A DNA stretch of 41,592 bases from a virus (lineage: Duplodnaviria > Caudoviricetes), in the IMG/VR virus record IMGVR_UViG_3300009566_000045, positions 1-41,592 of that record; one strand, 5' to 3'. A program made the position numbers and the translations under genes. Below are positions 35,930-41,592 of the stretch, piece by piece. Below the pieces are notes generated by a model. It worked only from the letters and a program-made list of their open reading frames with translations, searched no databases and was not told where the DNA came from. Each line of letters starts with the position of its first letter. Position 1 is the first letter of the stretch.

Positions 35930-36577
35930 ATGCCGGTCCCCCTGTCCTCCATCGCCATCGAGGAGAAGAACAAGCTGGCCACGGACAGCGTATTCCTCAT
36001 CTGCCTCGAGATCGAGATCCCCGGCATCGATGAGACAGTCCGTGTCGTCCGGAACAACGAAGACCTGGTTTGGAAGGGGGAAACCTGGGCGGCGTTCCCG
36101 TTTGAACTGGACGAGATCGGGGACTCGTCGAAAGGCGAGGTTCCCCAGGTGAATGTCCGGGTGTCGAACGTTTCCCGGGCCCTGGAGGCCTATCTGTACG
36201 AGTACGACACGTACTGCAAGGTCAGCGGGTTTGAGCCGATCACGGTCAAAATCTACGTCGTCAACACGAAGGTCATCCAGGCCGACGGGAATGCGGAGCC
36301 CGAGGTGGAGCACGAGTTTGAACTGAAGCAGCCCAGGACGGACTCCAAGTGGGTGACCTTCATCCTGGGGGCGGCGAATCCGTTCAACCGGCGGTTCCCG
36401 AGGAACCGCATCATCAAGAACTTTTGCCGGTACCGATTCATGGACACCCGGTGCGGATATACGGGGCCGGCGACGAGCTGCGACAAGACCTTGACCATGT
36501 GCCGGACCTTGGAGAACTCGACGCGCTTCGGGGGCTTCCCGGGTGCCGGATCCGGAGGGCTGAAGATTGCATCCTGA
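35930..36577 (+). CDS. Minor tail protein (lambda gpL-like)
   Basis: C-terminal C.Y....CGY.G..C.K....C...N..RFGGFP Fe-S motif. Confidence 0.85.
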   Translation: MPVPLSSIAIEEKNKLATDSVFLICLEIEIPGIDETVRVVRNNEDLVWKGETWAAFPFELDEIGDSSKGEVPQVNVRVSNVSRALEAYLYEYDTYCKVSGFEPITVKIYVVNTKVIQADGNAEPEVEHEFELKQPRTDSKWVTFILGAANPFNRRFPRNRIIKNFCRYRFMDTRCGYTGPATSCDKTLTMCRTLENSTRFGGFPGAGSGGLKIAS

Positions 36578-36977
36578 TCCTCCGGACCTGCGGGATCTGA
36601 TCGGGATCCCCTTTGTGACCGGTGGCCGGGACCCCCAAATGGGCCTGGACTGTTGGGGCCTGTGCCGGGAGGTCCTGCATCGGTTCGGGGACGACGTCCC
36701 GGACTTCCCGGTGGCCTGTTACGACGCCCTGCAGATCAACATGATCGTCCTGGCCGAAGAGCCGCGCTGGCGGCGGCTGGAGGTGCTCGAACCCGGTTGC
36801 GTCGTCTGCTTTGCCTTGGACCCGATGGTCCCGTGGCTCATTCAGCACCTGGGGGTTTGTGTCGGCGGTGATGCGATCCTTCACACCCTGGAGAAGAGAG
36901 GATCGAGCCTGATCCGCCTGAAGGATCGGTTCTTCGGCAAGAAGATTCGGGGATTCTATCGATGGAACGGGCGCTGA
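36567..36977 (+). CDS. NlpC/P60 tail protein (gpK-like)
   Basis: GIPF..GGRD...GLDCWGL, HLGV, LH. Confidence 0.88.
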   Translation: MHPDPPDLRDLIGIPFVTGGRDPQMGLDCWGLCREVLHRFGDDVPDFPVACYDALQINMIVLAEEPRWRRLEVLEPGCVVCFALDPMVPWLIQHLGVCVGGDAILHTLEKRGSSLIRLKDRFFGKKIRGFYRWNGR

Positions 36978-38368
36978 TCCCAACCGGCAAGGTCCTGGTG
37001 ACCTGCGTCCGGAACCCCTTCGATCCCCTGGCGCCGGGGAGCCGGGAAACCCGTGCGATGAGTTCCGGCGGAACCCTCATGGAACTGATGGGGGAGTTCC
37101 AGGAGGTCGCCGCCCAGGGTTACGAGGTGGCCGTCAGTATCAACGGGGCTCTCTTGCAGGGAGGACTGGAGCGGTTCGAGCTTCGGCCGTCCGGGGGCAT
37201 GTCCGTCGTCTTTGCAGCTGTCCCCCAGGGTGGAGGCGGAAACAACGGCAAGAACCCCCTGCAGACGGTTCTGGCCCTAGTCGTGGTCATCGTCGCGGCC
37301 GTGGTGACCTACGGGGTGAGCGCCTATGCCGCCGGCGGGGCATGGGCCTGGGGTGCGGGAGCGTATGCCGGGGCAACGGGCTGGGCTGCGGTCGCAGGGT
37401 ATGCGGCGGGAATGGCGGTGGCCATTGCCGGAGGACTGCTCGTCACCTCCCTTTTCCCCGCCTCGGCGGCAATGGATTCCCTCACGTCAGCTTCCAGCGA
37501 TCTGAGCAGTTCTTCGGCAACATACGGATGGGATGTCTCCTCGAACCCTGTAGAAGAAGGAGGCCCTGTTCCGGTTCTGTACGGGACACATCGGGTTACG
37601 CCGACCCTGATCGGCAAGTACGTGGAACTGGACGGCAGCAGCCAATACCTCAATCTCCTTTTCGCCGTGGCGGATCATCAGGTCACGGACATGGGCTCCA
37701 TCCGGATAAATGAAACCCCTATCGAGAGCTATTCGAGCATTTCCAAGTCTCAACGCATGGGGAATGACGACCAGGCCGTCATCCAATTCTTCGGGGATAC
37801 CCATATGGATATGCCCGTCTCGGCCAGGCTGACCAGTGCTGAGGATTGGATCACCCGCCGGACACAGGGCAATTCGGTGCAGGGAATCGGGGTCGGAATC
37901 CTGTTTCCGAACGGCCTTTGCTACGCAAACGACGCAGGAGGGCTTTCGGCCCAGACGGTTGAACTGGAAATCCAGTTCCGGAAGGTCGGGGACGAGGATT
38001 GGACCGCCCTTTCGGAATATCACCAAGTATCCGTTGAGGTTCCGGCTTACCGGTGGTCGGCCGGATACTATGATGAAACGGGAACATGGATCGAAATGGA
38101 GGCGGGGTCCGAGGTTGAGACGGACCACCTGGAATGCGATCCATACACACCGGACCCCCTTATCTGGTCTTACAATCCGTTCACTGAAACATACGTAAAA
38201 TACGGGAGTATCGGAGCAGACCCCGGAACATCGGGGGGTGATGGTGTCGGAAGTGGAAGTGATGCTGGGGGTAGTTCAGGAGGTGGTCTCGGTAGTGACG
38301 GCGGCTTGGGAAGCGCCGGAGCCGGTGAAGGAAGCGACGGGAGCAGTGGGTCAGGCGGGGTTGGATAG
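36962..38368 (+). CDS. Tail tip protein, gpI-like + N-terminal part of gpJ, ending in a Gly/Ser-rich tail
   Basis: VPQGGG, G/A-rich hydrophobic segment, PVPVLYG, FP.GL motifs; last ~50 aa low complexity. Confidence 0.8.
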   Translation: MERALIPTGKVLVTCVRNPFDPLAPGSRETRAMSSGGTLMELMGEFQEVAAQGYEVAVSINGALLQGGLERFELRPSGGMSVVFAAVPQGGGGNNGKNPLQTVLALVVVIVAAVVTYGVSAYAAGGAWAWGAGAYAGATGWAAVAGYAAGMAVAIAGGLLVTSLFPASAAMDSLTSASSDLSSSSATYGWDVSSNPVEEGGPVPVLYGTHRVTPTLIGKYVELDGSSQYLNLLFAVADHQVTDMGSIRINETPIESYSSISKSQRMGNDDQAVIQFFGDTHMDMPVSARLTSAEDWITRRTQGNSVQGIGVGILFPNGLCYANDAGGLSAQTVELEIQFRKVGDEDWTALSEYHQVSVEVPAYRWSAGYYDETGTWIEMEAGSEVETDHLECDPYTPDPLIWSYNPFTETYVKYGSIGADPGTSGGDGVGSGSDAGGSSGGGLGSDGGLGSAGAGEGSDGSSGSGGVG

Positions 38369-38376
38369 GGGATAAA

Positions 38377-41085
38377 ATGAGCCGGTACATCTACCACTGG
38401 CGATGGATTCAAGACGGGACGGTTACACAGCTTCAGTCCGTTTCGGAGAGCTTCGTCCGGATCGGCGGGGCGACGACGAGCGCCAAACGGAAGGTCTTTA
38501 CCCGGGACAATCTCCCGACGGGTCAGTACGATATCCGAACTCGGTTCAAGACGGTCCCGCCTGCAGGATCGCGGTATATCAACGCCACCTACTTCGAGTA
38601 TTTTGACGAGATCGTCTACGACGATTTTACCTATCCCGGGACCGCTCTTCTGGCCCTTCGTGCCCTGGCGACGGACCAGTTGAGCGGGTCCCTCCCGAAG
38701 ATCGATGTCCTTGCCACCAGGTCCACCGTCCCCGTCTGGACGGGATCGGCATACGAGGACAAAGATGCGAGCAATCCGGCCTGGGCCGCTTACAACACGT
38801 TGCACAACTCGGTCTACGGCGGCGGGATCGCTTACTCCCGGATCGATTATGACGCCTTCGCAGCCTGGGCCGATTGGTGCGATGCCAAAGGGTACAAGGT
38901 CCATTTTTACGCGGACAGCGTCCTGAATCTGCGGAAGGCCCTGGACGTGATCGCCCTCAACGGCCGGGCCGTGGTGGTCCAGATGGGGTCCCGGTTCACC
39001 GTCCTGGTAGACTGGCCGGAATCCCTTCCCGTTCAGCGGTTCCTCTTCACCTCCGGGAACATCGTCAAGGACGCCTACACCGAGGAATTCCTGGCAATGG
39101 ACGACCGGGCGGACGCCGTCGAGGTCACCTATTATGACGCGGAACTCGATTACTCCCGGCAGATCGTCGAGGCCCAGGCGGCCGGCTATGACACCTCGGA
39201 TCGGGAAATGCGGAAATCATCCGTCACCCTGTACGGATGCACGTCCCGCCAGCAGGCTGCGAACTACGGGAAATTCCTGCTCAACTGTAATCGTTACCTG
39301 ACCCTTACGGCCACATGGGATGCGGACGTGGACGCCCTGGCCTGCCTGCCCGGCGATGTAGTGGAGGTTGCCCATGACGTCCCGCAGATCGGTTACTCGG
39401 GCCGGGTGGCGGCAGCGACGGCGAATACGATCCAACTGGACCGCCCCGTCGTCATCGAGGCCGGGAAGACCTATCAGGTCACGGTACGGCACCAGGACGA
39501 CGATTCCCGCGAGACCCTGACGGTCGGCAACAATCCCGGGACGACGGACACCCTGGCGCTTACGTCCTCCTGGACAAAGATCCCGGCGCAGTATGCCGTT
39601 TACTCCTTCGGGGAGCTCAACTGCCTGACCAGGCTGTTCCGGGTCCTCCGGATCACCCGTTCCCAGGAACTGCGTCGGCGGATCACGGCCATCGAGTACG
39701 TCCCAGAGATCTACGACGATTATGCGGTGATTTCAGTACCGGAGAACATTTCGGACCTGACCTTCCGGGACCTGAAGGCGAACGAAGCCTGGGAGATCGG
39801 GACGGACGGGACGGCGCAGTCGGTCTTTCACCTGTCCTGGCGCGGGATGAACATCGGCGGGTGGAATGTCTTCTACAAACAATCGGGGGGCGCATGGCAG
39901 AACGGGGGCTGGACGGCAATCCCCTCCTTTGCCCTCTACGGCCTTACCGTTGGCCAGACCTATACCTTTGCCGTGTCCCGGACAACCCCCGAGAACGGAC
40001 TGACGGTTGTGGTGACTCCCGTCGGGAAGGAGGCCCCGCCTTCCGATGTGACGGGCTTCCTCGTCCAGCAGGCAGGCGATACCCTCCGGTTCCTGTGGGA
40101 TCATGTCCCGGACGCCGACCTGTGGGGATATGAGATCCGAATCGGCGGGACCTCCTGGGCCAATGCCACCACGATCATCGACGGCATCCAGGAGAACGCG
40201 GCGACTTGGGCGCCTCCGGTATCGGGAACCTACACCTTCCGGATCAAGGCGGTCGATCAATCGGGGCTCTACTCGTCGAATGAGACGACGGCCACGGTCA
40301 CGACGTCCCTTTCCGCAGGCAACATCGTCCTCGACACGGACGAGCTCACCAAATCGCCCCAGGCGGACGGCACCTATGAAAACATGGTCCTCTGTCCCAC
40401 GGATAACGTGATCGCTCTCCTGTCGGGCCTCACGGACCAGGAAGAGCCGGCCTGGACGGACTCCACGGCGGCGATCACCGGGTATGCCGGGGAAACCTAC
40501 TACTCCGGCTCCTATGAAACCGTCGTTTACGACCTGGGGGCTGTGACCGACTTCACGCTCCGGGTCGACGTGGCGGCGGATTCTGAAATCAAGGTCGCCA
40601 CCGATACCACGTTCCCGGATCGAACAGACCGGACCTATCCACTGGACAGGGACACGAGCATCACCAGCAATGCCGTTTACGAGGTTCAATACAAGACCTC
40701 CGACGATAACGTTGCGTGGTCGGATTATCAGCGCCTTTCTGGGCTCGTCTCATGTCATGCTCGATTCTTTCGGATCAAGGTGCTGTGCACCATCGACTCC
40801 GCGGCCACGACCTTCGAGTTCTCGAAGATCCGACACGTGGCAGACGTACCGGACGTGGTTCTGAATCTCAAGAACCAGGCCGTCGCCTCCGGCGGGACGA
40901 CCTTCACGCTATCGGCCCTGGGGATCACGATCCTTGTGGAATACCTGGTCGGGGTGACCGTCCTGGGGACGACAGCCCTGACCCCTGTCGTGGACAAACA
41001 AAGCAGCCAGTTCGTTGTCTGCCTTTTCAACAGCGGGGGATCCGCGGCGGCGGGCAATGTGGATATTCAACTGAGGGGATATTGA
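38377..41085 (+). CDS. Central tail fibre / host-specificity protein J, C-terminal part with FN3-like domains
   Basis: YPGTAL....ATDQLSG, SNPAW, PGDVVEV, AIEY.PEIY, PP.DVTGF, YTFRIKAVD.SG.YS. Confidence 0.88.
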   Translation: MSRYIYHWRWIQDGTVTQLQSVSESFVRIGGATTSAKRKVFTRDNLPTGQYDIRTRFKTVPPAGSRYINATYFEYFDEIVYDDFTYPGTALLALRALATDQLSGSLPKIDVLATRSTVPVWTGSAYEDKDASNPAWAAYNTLHNSVYGGGIAYSRIDYDAFAAWADWCDAKGYKVHFYADSVLNLRKALDVIALNGRAVVVQMGSRFTVLVDWPESLPVQRFLFTSGNIVKDAYTEEFLAMDDRADAVEVTYYDAELDYSRQIVEAQAAGYDTSDREMRKSSVTLYGCTSRQQAANYGKFLLNCNRYLTLTATWDADVDALACLPGDVVEVAHDVPQIGYSGRVAAATANTIQLDRPVVIEAGKTYQVTVRHQDDDSRETLTVGNNPGTTDTLALTSSWTKIPAQYAVYSFGELNCLTRLFRVLRITRSQELRRRITAIEYVPEIYDDYAVISVPENISDLTFRDLKANEAWEIGTDGTAQSVFHLSWRGMNIGGWNVFYKQSGGAWQNGGWTAIPSFALYGLTVGQTYTFAVSRTTPENGLTVVVTPVGKEAPPSDVTGFLVQQAGDTLRFLWDHVPDADLWGYEIRIGGTSWANATTIIDGIQENAATWAPPVSGTYTFRIKAVDQSGLYSSNETTATVTTSLSAGNIVLDTDELTKSPQADGTYENMVLCPTDNVIALLSGLTDQEEPAWTDSTAAITGYAGETYYSGSYETVVYDLGAVTDFTLRVDVAADSEIKVATDTTFPDRTDRTYPLDRDTSITSNAVYEVQYKTSDDNVAWSDYQRLSGLVSCHARFFRIKVLCTIDSAATTFEFSKIRHVADVPDVVLNLKNQAVASGGTTFTLSALGITILVEYLVGVTVLGTTALTPVVDKQSSQFVVCLFNSGGSAAAGNVDIQLRGY

Positions 41086-41095
41086 GGAGGAGACT

Positions 41096-41592
41096 ATGAG
41101 CCAGAGTTTCAACGCCCTGGAAACGGGAGTAACGACCTTCGGGCAGTTGTACGGGATCATCAATGCCAACCAGGAAGCGCTCCGGACGTTCTTTTCGGGG
41201 ACATCCTTCCCGGCCAACCCGGTCCAGTGGCAGCCTTGCCTGAGGACGGACACCAGCCGGTTCTACATTTACGACGGCTCCATATGGCAGGACTTTACGG
41301 CTTATCTGCCCGCTTATCTTGCAATCGCCTCCGAGATCCAGACGGCCCGGGGAGCGGCGGCCTCCCTCGATGCCCGGCTTGATGTGGCCCTGAACGAGGA
41401 CGGCACCCTCAAGGCGGGAGCCCCGGCCGGGTCCTGGTGGATGGCTGAAGGAGGGACAGTAGCTCGGGCGGATGCATCAACCTTCACGGTGACCGGCGAC
41501 AGGACGGCGATTTACAGGAAAAACAGGGCTGTATTCCTGGATCAGACGACGGATGCCTATGGCTATGTGGCCGCTGATTCCACTTATGGAAC
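41096..41592 (+). CDS. Tail fibre-like protein, 5' part (runs off the right edge)
   Basis: GAGGAG RBS; MSQSFNALETG...FSGTSFPANP...EIQTARG...SLDARL...STFTVTGDRT; open to the end of the window. Confidence 0.7.
   Translation, partial: MSQSFNALETGVTTFGQLYGIINANQEALRTFFSGTSFPANPVQWQPCLRTDTSRFYIYDGSIWQDFTAYLPAYLAIASEIQTARGAAASLDARLDVALNEDGTLKAGAPAGSWWMAEGGTVARADASTFTVTGDRTAIYRKNRAVFLDQTTDAYGYVAADSTYG

Larger units (their letters stand above)
1935..41592 (+). mobile_element. Mu-like transposable prophage with siphovirus-type tail; left boundary approximate, right end beyond the window
   Basis: Repressor/Ner, MuA DDE transposase, MuB ATPase, GemA, Gam, Com, Mu gp26-32 and gp36/37-like genes in canonical Mu order. 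No tail sheath is present; the tail tip genes are lambda M/L/K/J-like. Confidence 0.95.

Noticed and set aside
38329-38380. Frameshift or stop read-through joining the two J halves
   Set aside because: No slippery heptamer lies before the TAG. Read-through meets TGA after three codons, and the second gene has its own RBS.
7472-40689. Many long antisense or alternate-frame ORFs (e.g. 20580-22523, 22303-23934, 28355-30343, 33868-35619)
   Set aside because: They shadow well-supported GC-rich phage genes, as expected from GC3 bias. They have no motifs of their own.
36962-41592. Diversity-generating retroelement or invertible tail-fibre segment
   Set aside because: I saw no reverse transcriptase, invertase or TR/VR repeat pair. 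One could lie beyond the right edge.

Overview
About 1.9 kb of host DNA is followed by the left ~39.6 kb of a Mu-like (transposable) prophage with a lambda-like non-contractile tail. The right end lies outside the window. The host part holds the 5' end of an AcoR-like GAF regulator, a truncated HU/IHF gene and a cluster of tiny peptide ORFs, two of them 35 aa and sharing W[IV]DPMxxP. Prophage order: putative left end (~1935-1960); AT-rich cargo (Dcd/dUTPase-fold-wHTH fusion, two membrane proteins); S24 CI-like repressor and divergent Cro/Ner; MuA, MuB, GemA, Gam and Com-like genes; an inverted AT-rich cassette (fused R-M enzyme + HsdS + HEPN-like protein); structured late leader; lysis genes; TraR; terminase; portal; MuF; head genes; tail genes (chaperone -1 frameshift, tape measure, split J); start of a tail fibre gene. 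The most notable candidate system is a MuF head protein extended by a kinase-like domain and an R-S-E ADP-ribosyltransferase-like domain, faced by a convergent three-gene antisense operon with its own promoter and an RHH regulator. All calls come from reading motifs by eye; no searches were run.
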